64,000 nt of DNA from NCBI RefSeq assembly GCF_004010195.1, contig NC_057720.1:25100736-25164735 (forward strand). The letters run 5' to 3'. Within the stretch, counting starts at the first letter, position 1, and each line of letters begins with the position of its first letter. A program made the translations under genes and the position numbers. The notes under the pieces are model-generated. The model worked only from the letters and a program-made list of their open reading frames with translations, was not told the origin of the DNA and did no database searches. This stretch comes from Chiloscyllium plagiosum (Eukaryota). Positions 1 to 14,570 of this stretch are shown here, one piece after another.

Positions 1-116
1 GGAAGGATATGGGCCGGGTGCTGGCAGGTGGGACTAGATTGGGTTGGGATATTTGGTCAGCATGGACGTGTTAGACCGAAGGGTCTGTTTCCGTGCTGTA
101 CATCTCTATGACTCTA
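1..116 (+). mobile_element. CR1-type LINE 3' end
   Basis: Same 3' terminus (...gaccgaagggtctgtttccgtgctgtacatctctatgactcta) as the longer RT-bearing copies at 15349 and 42077. Confidence 0.85.
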
Positions 117-902
117 TATGTTCACTTTTGCCTTTTTAGTCCGAAATGGTCACATGGTAAACCCTCCTTCAGCTTCCTTCACGTTGTATGTGTTCAAGTA
201 ATGTATTCCAACACCTAGAACTACGTTGCTTTATTTACCAGGATATCTGTGTTCTGTATTTTATATTACAATCCTTTACACTGTTATTGGAGGTGAAATA
301 AATGGGCTAGTTTATTCGTGGTCAGACAGCATACCAAGCAGCCTTGCCAAATAATGATGCAGTTCTTCCCAGATTGTTAGAAAACATGAATCGAGAAAAA
401 CAAATCAGCTATGACCGAATGGTAGAGCAGACTTGATGGACCAAATTGTCTAATTCTACTCCTATATCTTATGGTCTGATGGACACACCTCACTGTTTCA
501 TTGTAAACCATAGTGTCTACAACTAACAGTAAATAAATACTATGTATAAAGAATAAAGTTTTAAACGGAATATTAGATTTATGAAGTTTAATTCCAAAAC
601 ACCTGAATAAGTTATAACATGAATGAAATTTAAGCTATTTGACCATTCTAAATCAATGGTACAGGTGTTATCCTGTTCTTGCTATGGTAACCCCCAAAAG
701 TCTTGGATATTTGCCTGCAATACCATAGTATTTCCAATATGAAGTCGGTTGTTAATCATGCTTTGTTAATCCTGTTGATTCACAATGATAATATTTAAGC
801 AATTCATTATCGTTAAGGATAAAGAAGTTCTTCACATCATAGTTACTTCTTATTGCACATTTCCTTTCTGAATTATTTTCTGTCCGAACTTCCTTCTGTT
901 AG

Positions 903-1271
903 ATGTGCAGCGACTGATTGCACCTGGGGTCGATGAGAGCACAAAGCATTCCAGATTAGAAGATGATGAACTCCTCCAGGTGGAAATGAAAGAATCAATG
1001 ATGAGTGAGCACCCTGGCGTATTTAGTGCACCCTTAACAATAAAGAAATCTGAGTTGAGCATCGTCGAGGAAACACTTGAAAGCAAAGCTAGCCAAGTTG
1101 CAGTCAGTGCATCGAAGAATAACAGCAAAAAGGATTTTGTGACAACATTGCATTCCCCAGGACAGGAAACCCATTCTGCCAGATCTACACCTCTCCTTTC
1201 TCCAACCTTGGCAGGTGGTAATGACATATCACTTACTGAATCTGAAAAGGAGAAAATACAACCTGATACAG
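903..1271 (+). CDS. SZT2: SZT2 coding exon (window exon 1), Ser/Glu-rich
   Basis: Pyrimidine tract + AG at 901-902. Open frame VQRLIAPG...KIQPDT. Donor ACAG|GTAGCA, phase 1, matches the next exon. Confidence 0.75.
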
Positions 1272-1874
1272 GTAGCAGACTGAAGTCATTTGTATGTAAC
1301 TTATTTAGGACTGTAATGAAATGGTCTGTAGTTTTGGTCATGTAGTGTCGGTGAATTGTCTTGTATGTTTTGGATGGATACTTTTACAGACAAATATGAG
1401 CAGGCCCATGGAGAGAAATTGTGGCCCTTCACACTTCTGTTTCTAGGCCACATATTTTGAAAATGCCTCCTATTATCCCACATTTAGCCACCCCCTTGAA
1501 ATCTTTTGAATGCCTGGAATTAGGGCACATTGACTGTGTCAGTGTTACCTCTATGCTGCAAGGGAGCTCCTCACAGTCAGGTTGTCAAGCTGATGAATGG
1601 TTTCCACTTCTGGAAGCTGCTGCTATATATATATACCTCAGAGGTCCATGCAGCAGTAACAATAATCACAGTGAGACTGAACAAAATCTTATAAGTTTAA
1701 CAAAACTTCTTGGCTTTTATATTCTATGCTCCAAGATATAAAGTCCAACAAAAACTTTGGTTTTAGGAAAATACATTTCAGAGCCATGGTTTATCAGACA
1801 ATTATATATTACGCAACCAACTGCACTGCTTTGAACTTGGCCATATGTACAATAGTTGATCCTTAAACACTGGA

Positions 1875-2038
1875 GAAAGTGAGGACTGCAGATGCTGGAG
1901 ATCAGAGCTGAAAATGTATTGCTGGGAAAGTGCAGCAGGTCAGGCAGCATCCAAGGAGCAGGAGAATCGACGTTTCGGGCATGAGCCCTTCTTCAGGAAT
2001 TCCTGACCTGCTGCGCTTTTCCAGCAACACATTTTCAG
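1875..2038 (-). mobile_element. Short palindromic Penelope-like insertion (family A) with hammerhead core
   Basis: 14-bp direct repeat ccttaaacactgga at 1861-1874 and 2039-2052. Matches the PLE end at 38390-38520 and has a short inverted arm at 2001-2038. Confidence 0.8.
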
Positions 2039-2104
2039 CCTTAAACACTGGAACCTTGCAACAAGCACTGCAAATAATAATCCTAACTGCAATTTGAAAA
2101 TATG

Positions 2105-2886
2105 TTGAACAAATGTGAGGTGCTGCATTTTGAAAAGGCAAATCAGGACAGGACGTATACACTAATGATTAGGTCCTGGGGGGTGTTGCTGAACAAAGTG
2201 ACCTTGGAGTGCAAATTCATAGTTCCTTGAAAGTGGAGTTGTAGGCAGATAGGGTAGTAAAGAAAGTATGCTTGCCTTTATTGGTCAGTGCTTTGAGTGC
2301 AGGAGTTGGGAGTTGTAAAGGTCTTTGGTTAGGCCACTTTTGCAATACTGATTGCAATTCTGGTCTCCCTGTTACAGGAAGGATGTTGTGAAACTTGGAA
2401 GGGTTCAGAAAAGATTTACAAGGATGTTGCCAGGGTTTGAGGGTTTGAGCTAAAAAGAGAGGCTGAATAGGCTGGGGCTGTTTTACCTGGTGCATTGGAG
2501 CCTGAATGGTGACCATATAGAGGTTTTATAAAATCATGAGGGGCATGGATAGGGTGAATAGACAAGCTTGTTTCCCTGGGGTGGGGCAGTCCAAAACTAG
2601 AGGGCAGGGCTTTAAGTTGAAAAGGAAAGATTTAAAAGGGATCTAAGGGCAACTTTTTCATGTAGAGGGTGGTACAAATATGGAATGAGCTGCCAGAGGA
2701 AGTGGTGGAGGCTGGTACAATTACAACATTTAAAAGGCAATTGAATGGGTAGATGAATAGGAAGTGTATAGAGGCATATGGGCCAAATGCTGGCAAATGA
2801 GACTAGGTTAATTTAGGATATCTGGTTGGCACGGATGAGTTGGACCGAAGAGTCTGTTTCAGTGCTGTACATCTCTATGACTCTAT
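2105..2886 (+). mobile_element. 5'-truncated CR1-type LINE
   Basis: Degenerate ORF2 C-terminus (CEVLHF...QFWSP) plus the shared 3' tail ending ctctatgactcta. Confidence 0.85.
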
Positions 2887-5474
2887 TCAGTGACATGTTG
2901 TATGATTTCTGATTTCAGTTCCAAGTTTAAATGTGGCATTTAATTAAATTAGTACCAACCCATTCACTTGCAATAATGTGCCAGTTCTATTTGCAAGTGT
3001 GAACTCTAATAACAAAAGAAACTTTGCAAATGAGTGAGTGATCAATATTTTCTTATTTTAAATTTAAACTGACCACACTGACCAGCATTTCGAACAATTG
3101 ATAAGGTTGAAATATACTTGAAATGCTGGAGTCACAGTCCAGACTTGCTCGAAACTTGACACAAGTTATATTTTTGTCTTCAGCATTACATTTTTTAAAT
3201 CATTCTCATGAGCTTATTTATTAGGTTGTGTAGTTACATAGTAATTGTACCATTATATAATTGTATATGCATGGGATTTTTGAACTCTCAAAAGCAGCAG
3301 TAGAAGAATTCAGCATATCTTTAATAGTCATCCCATCTTGCTTAAATTTAAAGACATAGTACACAAGGATGACATGAATTTCTTAGATGCCTTAAAGTCT
3401 GTCGTTTTCAAAATGATTTCTCGTGTTTAGAATGTGCTATATAAGGTACCTCTATGATTTTCTATTGTGCATTTTCTGGATGATATTATGTGTCCATGGT
3501 GGAGGGACTGATGTTTGTGGGTATGTTACCAATCAGATGCTTTGTTTTGGCCTGGAATACGTTAACTTTCTTGAGTATTGTTAGAGCTGCATACATCCAG
3601 GCAAGCGCACTCTTTGTTAGGTTTTTTTTCCTCCGAAGTTTCACACACGAGATGCAATTCACACACATCAACTTCTGTAAACAATTGAAGTTTATTAAAG
3701 TTTGTACAAGCTAGGTGACCCCCTTTGACCCTCCTTGCAGGCGTGCAAGTCAAAAGAGACCCCGAACAAAGAAAATGCATTCCCTTTATACAGGTCAGTT
3801 GGTAAATGCTTACAGATACTCTGGCTGCTCCCCCACAGTCACATGCCACTCAAGACAACTGCCAGCTACTCCCTCACAGTCACATGGTACAATAGTAGAA
3901 TGAGATCATCCCTCTGAGATAATGTAAATGTAAATGCCCTAATCCTGAGGAATCATTATATAGATGATTTCCTAACTCAGTAATTCCCCAAGACAATTTA
4001 GATGTGATATACCTAGCTTCAGGGGATGGCTAGAAAGCATTTATAAATGGAAGAGATTGAATGAGCGTTTAATTTGATAGTAGGAGGGGCAATAGTAGCA
4101 AAGGACGGTCTTAATGGAGTGAGAGTCGTCTGCATTCTTGCATGAACGTCCTCCACCCACTTCCAGAATGTTCAATTAGAGCAGTTTAACTCTTTAATAT
4201 CCAGAGAGAGTGTCCCATTTAATCTTTTAACATTACATCCTGACTTGTGTCTTGTAAGTGATGGACCGACTTTGCAGAAACAGGAGATGAGTTACTTGCT
4301 GCAGGGTTCCTCAATTCTGACCTGCTCTTGTCGTCATAGAATTCATATGGTTAGAGTGGTTCAGCTTCTGGTCAATGGTAACCCATTAGGATGTTGATAG
4401 TGGGGAATTCAGCAATCATAATGCTGCTGCATTGCTGCAATTGGACATGGACTGATTCAGTATCTGAGGAGTCGCTATTCTTTTTTGCTACATTTCAGAT
4501 CTTAATCTCAGATTTAAATTGAACAACCTACGCTGTGTGCATTGCAATAGCTTTTTCCTGGATAGTAGTTCCTGAATATATGCAGTCTTAAGATAGAGAT
4601 TCTACATTCATTTGCTTGTAATTTATTACATAGTGATTTCAAGTTTCTTCACTCTCAATTAGGTTGCTATTTTTGTTGACTGGTTTAAAACCGGTTTCCT
4701 TTTTTTTTGCTGCTCTTTCACTTCCTTTGCCCTTTCAGCCTCCTTGTCTCCTCTCTCCCTCTTCATCCCCCCACCCCATTGCATCCTTGCACTCACCCCT
4801 TTCCCAACCCACTTGCAGCCACATTGTTGCCTCTTTCACAATCTCTTCACAGACTCCTTCTCTCACAACCTGCTTGCAGTTTGCTTCATTCAGAGAAACA
4901 CAGCAGAGCTCAGAGAAAACGTGGCTCTAGCTTTCCCAGTGACTTCCTCACTGCGGAACTTCCTTAGCTAACTGCTTGCAGCTTCTTCTGTTGAGACTGC
5001 TTCTCTCACACTGATAGATTCACTATATCTATTAACAGCAGCAAGAGAGAGAACAAACAGCTTGTGATTGGAGGAGCCAGTACTCCTCTCACCCTCATAA
5101 ATGTTCTGGGAACTGGTTTTGGGGACCTTGCTCATACTCAGAAATTAGGAGGCTGCAGTTGTCTTTCAGTGGTATCACATCTGCTGTGAAGGGAGCGTGA
5201 CCAAGAATAGACTACATCACCCAGAAAAATCAGTGGCCATGGAGTCTCAGGCTTTCACTTGATTTAGTCAGATCTTGAGTGCTGAACTTTGTTCTGGAGT
5301 GGAGTGTCCACCCAGCACATGTTTGCAAGCACTTTGTGAGAGGAGTGATGCAGCCTGATTCTGGTCTTCTCTGAATGCATCGGCCCCGGTGATTAGCACT
5401 GTATGCACCTGACATTAGATATAACAGGTTTTCATTTTTAGTTAATGTTTGTTAGCTTTCAGGTATTATCCCTG

Positions 5475-5805
5475 CAGTGTGGAAGCAGGCCATTTGGCCC
5501 ATCAAATCCACACTGACCCTCTGAAAAGCATCTCAACCCAGATCCACCCCATCTGTGTAAACCTGCATTTCTCATGGATAACCCACCTAAACTACAAATC
5601 CCTTGGACACAATGGACAATTTAGCATTTCCAAATCACCTAACCTGCACATCTTGGGACTGTGGGAGGAAACCGGAACACTTGGAGCAAATCACGCAGAC
5701 ACTGGGAGAATATGCAAACAGACAGTTGCCCAAGGGTGGAATTGAACCCAGGTCCCCAGTGCTGTGATGCAGCAGTGCTAACCACTGAGCCATCATGCTG
5801 CCCCA
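5475..5805 (-). mobile_element. tRNA-derived SINE (HE1-like), older copy
   Basis: Reverse complement has A/B-box-like head (tggctcagtggttagcactgct...ggttcaattcc) and the body shared with the copy at 16215. Confidence 0.8.
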
Positions 5806-6274
5806 CGTTAGAGTTATTAGCATTTGAATTCAAAATGTATTTCTCAATATAGTCTTTTAAAGGGCTGCAGAAGTTGGCTTTGTGTGGTAGCAGTGGAGAA
5901 TGTGATAATTTAATATCTGAAGTTCAATCTCAGTCTGCCCTGTTGTTATAATCTATGTGCATAAGTGGTCTCTGTTACTTCCTGGAATGAGATTATGCAG
6001 AATATAATTATACTATTCTTTCAACACCACCCTATCTTGGATAAACACTCACTGTTTGACTTAACTGGTAGGGTGACCTATTAGTCAATGTCTTTCTGCT
6101 GTTTATCTCCCAGTCCTCATATAGTTACATTGATATTATAGTGTTACTATTCAATAAAGAGCTGTTCTCACAGTTGGTAACTCTGGCTTGTCGTAGTGTT
6201 TTATGCCATGCAGTCTCTATTTCTTTGAGCTTTTTCCAAATATGTGCTTTGTTCCTATTGATGTTGTTCCACAG

Positions 6275-6500
6275 ACTCAGACAATGTGGCTTCAGAAGTA
6301 GAAAAGGAACGCGTAGAGTTCAGTTTGCCTTCCAAAAAAGACTGTCACATCACATTCAGCCGACAGACTTCTCAGATTGACTTGTGTGACCCAAATCACC
6401 TTCGATGTCCTGTCTACATATACAACTGCTCCCTGGAGTTGTTAAGGGAGCAACTTGTGAATTCTTGCGCTGAACGCTCTAAAAAGGACATTTATTTCAG
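6275..6500 (+). CDS. SZT2: SZT2 coding exon 2
   Basis: ttccacAG acceptor; DSDNVASEVEK...LRCPVYIYNCSLELLREQLV...KDIYFR; donor AG|GTAAGT. Confidence 0.9.
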
Positions 6501-8329
6501 GTAAGTTTTTCCTCCCTCTGCTCACGTTGCAGGTATATGCTATCTGAATATGTTACAGAAACATTGTCATTTCTCATTTTTACACCATCTTCTTAGTAAA
6601 GAAATGTAACCTTCATTGGTCGAGCAGATAAATGACATGACTAAAGTCAGTTAACAATCTTTGATAGAACTGGAAAGGCTGGCAAAGTACCATATCAGCA
6701 AATATTTTGCTTTTGGCAACATTTGCTTAATCTATCTTTATTCATTAAATGTAACCAGGGGTATAGAAATGGCCTGTGTACAGTACTTCTTACAGTACTA
6801 GGTGCACAATAACATGCAGAAAGACAGTTGATTATTTATACCCATGACATAGTTACATCCTGATTCAAAGAAGGTTCTCTTTTTCTTACTCATGGTAAAT
6901 GTATCTATTTATTGAGCACACACTGCATTGGGATTTATAGAGTACATTTGGTTTGTAATGTGGGCACATTGGGAGCATTTTCATAGGCAAGAATAGGTGT
7001 TTGGAGAGGACAGATAATAACATTTGACGGAGAAAAAAAGGTCATGATTGGGACCTATCCTAAATGCTGTGCTTGACTGAGCTGCCTTTGGCTGCAAAAA
7101 CAAAGCAAACCTGCTTGCTGGAGTTGACACAAGGTGCTGGGTTGTGAAGGTAGCATTTAAGGTGATAATTGGATGAGAATGAGATTTTCACAGAAGTGTA
7201 GCTTTCTTTCAATCTAATATCTAAAGTTGGTGTTTGCCAGACCTTGGGAAGGTTACCAATACAAAAAGCAGTGTTTAAAGTGTATTTCACGGGTGTTTAT
7301 CAACTTTAGATAGCTTCCAAATTTTATCAACATTTAGTTCTTGCAGCTGCTTTGTCAGTTCTCGCTGTCAAATGTTTAACACGGAGCTCTTGTGATTGTA
7401 CAAAACATTGGAGAATTTAGGACAATTTCACACCTTAGCACAAAGTGAGGGGCTGTAGTTCAGAAGACAACCATCATCATCATGGCAGTGATGATAAGCT
7501 GTAGTGTGATCATCAGTAGTAAAGGAGAGTTACTGAGGGTGCAGGAGGCATTAGTCATGTGATAGGCTGTAGAGAGCAAGAGGGACTCTGGTTTCTTGAC
7601 CTCTCAGGAATAGGGCAACTACAGACTGAGAGTGTAGTGTTGAGTAGTTGCTGGCATCTGCAGCCTCCTAGAAGAAGACCTTGTCATGTTAGCCTCAGCC
7701 TTTTCATCTCTAGTTTCTTGCATGGTGCCACTAGAATCGTCTTAAACTTGGATTTGCAATCTGTTTCATATACTTTCATAAGATAGTGAGTTGTTTGCCA
7801 GGACTGAATGTTACCTAAACTTCCTCTATGATAATAACAAGAATAAGCAGGTACTCTGGATTGCCACTCTGGCACTCCAGCGGTACAGGGTGCCACCAGT
7901 GCATACTTCTAAAACTGAACAACATCACAGAAACCAACAGTTTCATCATCTGAAAGGAATATTCTTCCATGAACGTGCAGCTGATGTCCAACCCATGAAT
8001 TATATGCCATATTCCTTGGGAGTTGTCATGATTCTTTCATCCTGCATTATCCAACATTCAAAGAAACAAACTCTGGTTTGGTGCTTAGAAGTCAAAGGAT
8101 ACTTACTTTAAAATTGGCTCTTGACACATGTCAAGAATCCAGCAGTGAGAGACCGGCATGTTACAATGAGAGATGCACGATCACCAGTTGTGTAATAAAG
8201 TAAGCCATTTAAATGTTGTAGGTGCACTTTAAGGACTTTGAGAGATGCCCTTCAATACTAAGCTGTCTCTCTTTTTTCCCATCTTGTTTCAGAAAGCTGC
8301 AGCACATAGGGATTTGGAGTGTCCTCTTA

Positions 8330-8830
8330 TATGAATCTCAAAAAGCTAGCATTCACATTCTGCAGGTTTTAGAGAAGGCAAATGAAATTTGGCTTTTATT
8401 TCAAGAGGAGTTGAGTGTTTAAAAAATGGGAGATCTTGCTAAAACTATGCAAGGTGCTAATCAGAAGACACTTAGAACAGTTTTGGCTCTCTTACTTAAG
8501 GAAAATGTACTGGCATTGTGAGCGATCAAGAGAAGGTTCCCTAGGTTGATTCCAGATATGGAGGGATTTTCTTCAGAAAAGAAGGGTTGAGAAGGTTAGG
8601 CTGGTTTTTACTGGAGTTTCAATGATATTGGAATAAGTAAGATTTTTAGGGGGCTTGACAGAGTAGATGTGGAGAAGTTGTTTCCCCTGGTGAGGTGTCG
8701 AAGACAAGAGGGCATAATCTCAGTGTAGGGGGTCACCCATGTAAGACAGAGGTGAGGAGGAATTTCTTCTTTGAGGGTAGTAAATTGGAGGAGGGCGGTT
8801 GAGGCTCTGTCATTAAGTATATCAAGGATA
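8330..8830 (+). mobile_element. Old CR1-type LINE fragment
   Basis: Diverged similarity to the ORF2 3' region of the copy at 9225-10572. Boundaries approximate. Confidence 0.6.
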
Positions 8831-9224
8831 TTTCTTAATAATCCTTTTACATAGTTGAGATTTTTAAAAATCCATTCATGGCATGTGACTCAGCCAGCAT
8901 TTATTGCCTTTCCCTAATTGTTGAGAGTCAACCACATTGCTGTGTGTCTGGAGTCACATGTAGGCCAGCCCAGGTAAGGATGGCAGATTTTGTTCACGAA
9001 AGAACATTAGTGAAACAGATTAATTTTTTGCAACAGTCAGCAATGATTTCATTTCTATTGTTAGACTCTTACTCCCAGATTTTTATTGAATTCAGATTCC
9101 ACTATCTGCCACGTAGGGATTGATCCTGGACACCTAGGACGTTACTGGTTTAATAGTCTAGTGATAATAGAATGTGGCACGTCTGGGTGAGGGTTGGGGC
9201 AGTTCCTCAGTGGTTGATAAGAAT

Positions 9225-10572
9225 TTGGAATCCATTGTGAAGGATGAAATTTCTGAATCTCATGGAAGTACTTGGTAAAATAGGGCAAAGTCCGCATGGT
9301 TTCATCAAGGCGAGGTCATGCCTGAAAAATTTGTTAGAATTCTGAGGCGGTAATGAGCAGATTAGACCAAGGAGAGCCAATAGATGTTATCTATCTGGAC
9401 TTCCAGAAGGCCTTTGATAAGGTGCCACACAGGAGACTGTTGAATACGATAAGGGCCCATGGTGTTAGAGGCCAGGTACTAGCATGGATAGAAGATTGGC
9501 TGAGTGGCAGAAGGCAGAGAGTGGGGATAAAAGAGTCCTTCTCAGGCTGGAAGTTGGTGACTAGTGGTTTTCCACAAGGGTCAGTGTTGGGACTACAGTT
9601 TTTCAGCTTATACATTAATGACCTGAATGAAGAAACTGAGGGCATTCTGGCTAGGTTGTAGATGATATAAAAGTAAGTAGAGGGACAAGTAGCATTGGGG
9701 AGGCTGCAGAAGGATTTGGACAGGTTAGGAGAGTGGGCAAAGAAGTGGCAGATGGAGTACAATGTGGGAAAGTGTGAGGTCATGCAGTTTGGTAAGAAAA
9801 GTAGAGGTATGACTATTTTCTAAATGGGGAGAAAATTGAGAAGTCTGAAATGCAAAGAGAATCGGAAGGGGGCGGGGTGTGGGGCGGCAACTATTCTCTT
9901 TCAAGATAAACTTGCAGGTTGAGTCAATAGTTAGGAAGGCAAATGCAGTGATGACATTTATTTTGAGAGGACTTGATTATAAAAGCAATGATGTACTTCT
10001 GAGGCTCTACAATGCTCTGGCCAGACCACATTTGAAGTATTGTGTGCGATTTTAGGCCCCATATCTCAGGAAGGATGTATTGGCCCTGGAGCACATTCAG
10101 AGGACATTCACGAGAATGGTCCCTAGAATGAAAAGCTACTATGAGCAATGTTTGATGACTTTGGGACTATACTCGATGGAGTTTAGAAGGATGAGGGAGG
10201 ATCTGATTGAGACTTGCAGAATACTGAATGTTTTGGTCAGAGTAGACATTGGCAAGATGTTTCCATTGGCAGGAGAGACGAGGACCCGAGGGCACAGCCT
10301 TGGAGCAAAGGGAAGGCCCTTTAGAATGGAGATAAGGAGAAAATTCTTTATCCAGAGTGTGGTGAATCTGTGGAATTCATTGCCCCAGAAGGCTCTGGAG
10401 GTCAGGTCATTCAGTATATTTAAAACAGAGGTTCTTGATTGTCAAGAGGATCAAAGATTATGGGGAGAAAATAGGTTTTCAACCCCATTTTCCTATCAGC
10501 CATGATTGAATTGCGGAACAAACTTGTTGGAATGAATGGCCTAATTTCTGCTCCAATGTGTTTTGGTCTTAT
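9225..10572 (+). mobile_element. CR1-type LINE with RT remnant
   Basis: ORF track shows IYLDFQKAFDKVPHRRLL...VTSGFPQGSVLG...YINDL (CR1-clade RT motifs), with stops and frameshifts. Confidence 0.9.
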
Positions 10573-13475
10573 ACCATGAGGTCATCAGAATCTAAAAGTC
10601 ATAGTTTATTATCTTAATTGAACTGGAAGATCTATTAAGCTGACTTCACTTCTAAGCTTTTCACCCTTGTAATTCCATTCCCAACACTAACTCAGACACT
10701 GTGTCACTTTAATATCAGGAACATGGCACTATCAATTGTGTTCTTTTTGTTTTATTTCTGCCTCTCCACTTACTGAATAAGATTGATGAGGTGATCATGT
10801 CTGAATTAAATGAGACTGATTCGATTATGCATTTTTTAATTTCCTCCTCTTCTGAATAATTTAGATCTCAAGACAATGTTTCCTGGGAACTGTATCAGGA
10901 TTTGAAAACCAGGTAGCAAAGCTATCAGCTTAAGCCCTGATTCCTATTCATTGCTTGCTGGACATGCTTTGATTGTTTTGGTTAAGGGATTGACTTTTTT
11001 TTGTAATAGCAGATATTCTTTTCTGCTACTAGGTGACTTGCATGTTCGTGTTCCAATCCTTTCTCATTTCACTTGAATGTTCTGTTCTTACCTATAATCT
11101 TCTTATTGTGTATAATTTTCTCCTTTCCTTTCAAAAGTTTCACGTACCAGGATTCACCTCATATAAAAGGCAGCATACCACCTAATGCTGAGTCTCTTCA
11201 GCTGCATATGTTTTGACTGAAAGTTTGTGAAAGAATCCCCCATGTAATTTACTCCTTTTGCTTAAAATAGCTTGGTTCTGTTTTTGTTTCTCTTCTTAAC
11301 CAGATGCCCTGGGAATTTGACCAGCAGTTTTCCCCAGGATAGCACGAGTTCTAAATTAATGTTGTACTGTGTGCATTCTGCTGTTTGCTGCTGCAGAAAA
11401 TAATTAACCATTTCCCAAACCTTCAGATGTATAATTTGGGTCGCATTTTACTTTGTAAAAGTCAACAAAAGCCTTTCAGAAATATTGATTACATGACGTG
11501 TACATTGAAACACTAACCCTGTCTGCTCCATGTCAACAGTTTAAATCGAAACAAATAGTGACTCTGGATGGCAGTTTTTTTTTGAACCCGAAAACTGACA
11601 TGTTTGAGTTGAATGGGAAACTAAAGTGATAAAAATCTGAATCCATTGACTTCCGATGTCTACAGACAAGCAACAAACCCACCCCAAGAATGTGGTTTGG
11701 CATTTTAAGTATTAGAATGTTGCTGCGAGATGCATTATAATTCAACATTTTGAATTAATCTGGGCAGTAATTTTCCCAAACTTGAGAACCTAGCAGCTAA
11801 ATCCAGCCAACGACTGTCGAATCCTGGAGGGGTGAGAGGGGAGTGCGTTTCAAATTACCTGATGGATCCAGCATTCTAGCAAGGTCAAATCCTGCAATTC
11901 AATATTTCCAATTTTCAACCTTTTCAGTTTTCCCATTGGCCTCCGATGAGCCTTTTTATGTTCCCCTGCACACCTCTGTTCCCTGTCTTTCAGCCTTCTA
12001 ATCTAATGCCGATCCCATCTTCTAAATGAGAACTTCAATAGATTTTCCACCCCCAACACTGCTGCTGCTATTGGGGATGGGCTTATCTTGCCCTGTGTCT
12101 TCCTTTGATCTTCTCCATGATGAACTGGAACAAAGCCTGTAAATCAGGCTGACTTCTGAGTAGGAAACATGTTGGTGTTACCTTATGTACGCCGTGTGGA
12201 GTGGAAACCCCTGTACCTGACAAGTCAGTTCAGTTAAAATCCAGTCAGAGATTTTGATTTAGTCTGCCAGTGTAAAATCTGGATGCTTGTGACCTTGATT
12301 AGTCCATGAAACTATTTTCTACATTTTAATTGCCATGCTGAAGGTGGTTTTATTTGCTGTGCATCTATATAATCATATGAATCAAAACAATTTTGTTGCT
12401 TTTTTTGTCTTTGCACAATCTCAGCCAATAGTTGAACAGAAAATCCGAACCCTGGTCTCTGCCAGTATAAGATTATAACCAGGGTGTGCTTTTTGGAGTG
12501 CGCTGTGCTGGCAGTTTCTTTTCCTTCTAACTTTTTTCTTTAGAACAGTGCTTGCAGAAATGCTACTAATGGAGAACTGTGTGGTAAAGAGCCTAAACTA
12601 TTTTTGTAACTTGGGGTAGAATTGCTGATGCTGAATCTAGTATTGCTATTTGGTGTGAGGCACGTGCATGGTAGTGTTACTGTGAGCAAGCTTGGAGAAC
12701 TGGAAGCAACTAATACCTAATAATAGAGCAGAAAATTAGCAATTGAATTAAATTTTATTCCATAGATTTTGAAATTTAGATTGTTGTTGGATTTATGGTT
12801 CACTGGAAATGTTGCATGTTTTGATAGCGTTTAAGGACCCCTTATAGCATTAATATCTCTGTAATGAAAATGACAGCAGTGGCTGTTTCGTGTATAGTCA
12901 CCATGGTTCTTGAGCAAAGGTTTTAATCATGAGTTGAGATTTTTCCACTTTCTTCTGTTTTGGATGTTATCTGTCAAGTTTTTACTTTAAGCTTTCCATT
13001 AATAGCAACATTGGAATTCTCACAACTGTCAAGAACATCTCGTGCAGCAGGTGTTTTTCCTTTATTAATATTAGTTAAGAAAGCTGTCCTTTCAATCTAT
13101 TACAATACAGCTCTCTCAGAATCCTTACGGACTTAACTCATCCTTATTCCACTACGCAAGTTAATTCATACTTAATATTGGAATGCTTTTTAAAAGAACA
13201 GATCAGTCATGATATTAAATCAGTGCTTCACTGACATTAGATATATCTGATGTCTGAGTTGTCTAAAGAGTACTGCAAGAATTTTCTCCAAATTCTTATG
13301 CTCTGTCTTAGCTCCTTGTGCTTAATTTATTTGAATGCAGCTTCTTCATAGTATTTATTGCTGTTGAATTTGATAGTGCTGTTTTGAGAGTTTCAGTGGT
13401 GGGAGATAATGCCATATAAAATGGACAGGAAAATGATTATAATTGCTACTATGAATTTTTTAACGTTGGTTTAAG

Positions 13476-13603
13476 ATCGTTGTCGCAGGAACGGCCAGCA
13501 AACTCATCCTCAGTGGATCCACAATCTTATCTCCACAAGAACAAAGAACTCACCAACTACTGCAACCTTATTCAAGAGCATTACCATCAATGTTATGTAA
13601 AAG
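13476..13603 (+). CDS. SZT2: SZT2 coding exon 3
   Basis: tttaAG acceptor; SLSQERP...YCNLIQEHYHQCYVK; donor AG|GTAATG. Phases 2 to 1 fit the neighbouring exons. Confidence 0.88.
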
Positions 13604-14570
13604 GTAATGAAAGTCTGAGGGTTTGTGCTCTTTGATGTTACAGTAACTCAACACTGATTTCTCCCATGTCCCAACTGTTTGAAGTGTTGTGTAACCCAAG
13701 ACATGAACATTTCTCCCCCATGTTTATGTATATAGAAACTAATAAAATGATGATATATTGTATACCTTACACTAGAATTCTTGTAAAGCTGTCTAGTGCT
13801 CAATTTGCTATTTTCAAGCAGGCTGCTGTTTACTCTTGAAAAATAGCAAAGCTTTATGCCCCCATATAAAATTCAAATTCTTATTTCTGGTTTATGTTTT
13901 ATGAGAAAAATTAAAAACAGATAATTGATTCTGAGATAAGCCTGATGAGGTAGTATGGCCCTATTCTAATCTCATACGTTTAACTTTCAATCTGCCATTT
14001 TTACATCGCACTTTTAAATTTCACTTGGTGGCAAAATGTTTCATTTTGGAGAAGGGAAAACTTCATACTATGTCCCCCTGTTGTCATATAATACTCATTT
14101 TTCAATTTTGTTGATAATACTGTCATGAAACTGAATTCAAATGTTACTGATTTTAATTCAGTGCCTAAAAATTAAAATTAAACTTTTAGCCCTTTTCACA
14201 GCATTAAAATTGTGACGGTATCCCCAGTCTAACCATTGTTCTTCATTGCTAGAACCTGCCAAAGATGCGCTGTCAGTAACAGGTTGTTCTTGTTTAACTC
14301 AATTCTTCATGTGTACATCCTGATCCTGAACTTCTGTATAATGCAAATGTGCAGTAAGGGATGTTTTTTTTAAAGGTTTGTATTAAGGTGCATTTTTGAA
14401 GCAATGTTTATATTAATCTATGTGGTATGGGATAAACTTGGTTAAAAGGAGAAAATGTTTCATTCCCAAAGTTGAATTCACTCATCTTAATGGGCATATT
14501 AGTACCATAAAACTTCTGTTGAAGCCACAGATGTTTATTCTTAAGATGCTGTTTTATTTTCTTCTTAAAG

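Noticed and set aside
850..1341. 163-aa minus-strand ORF
   Set aside because: Antisense shadow of SZT2 exon 1, with no independent gene signals.
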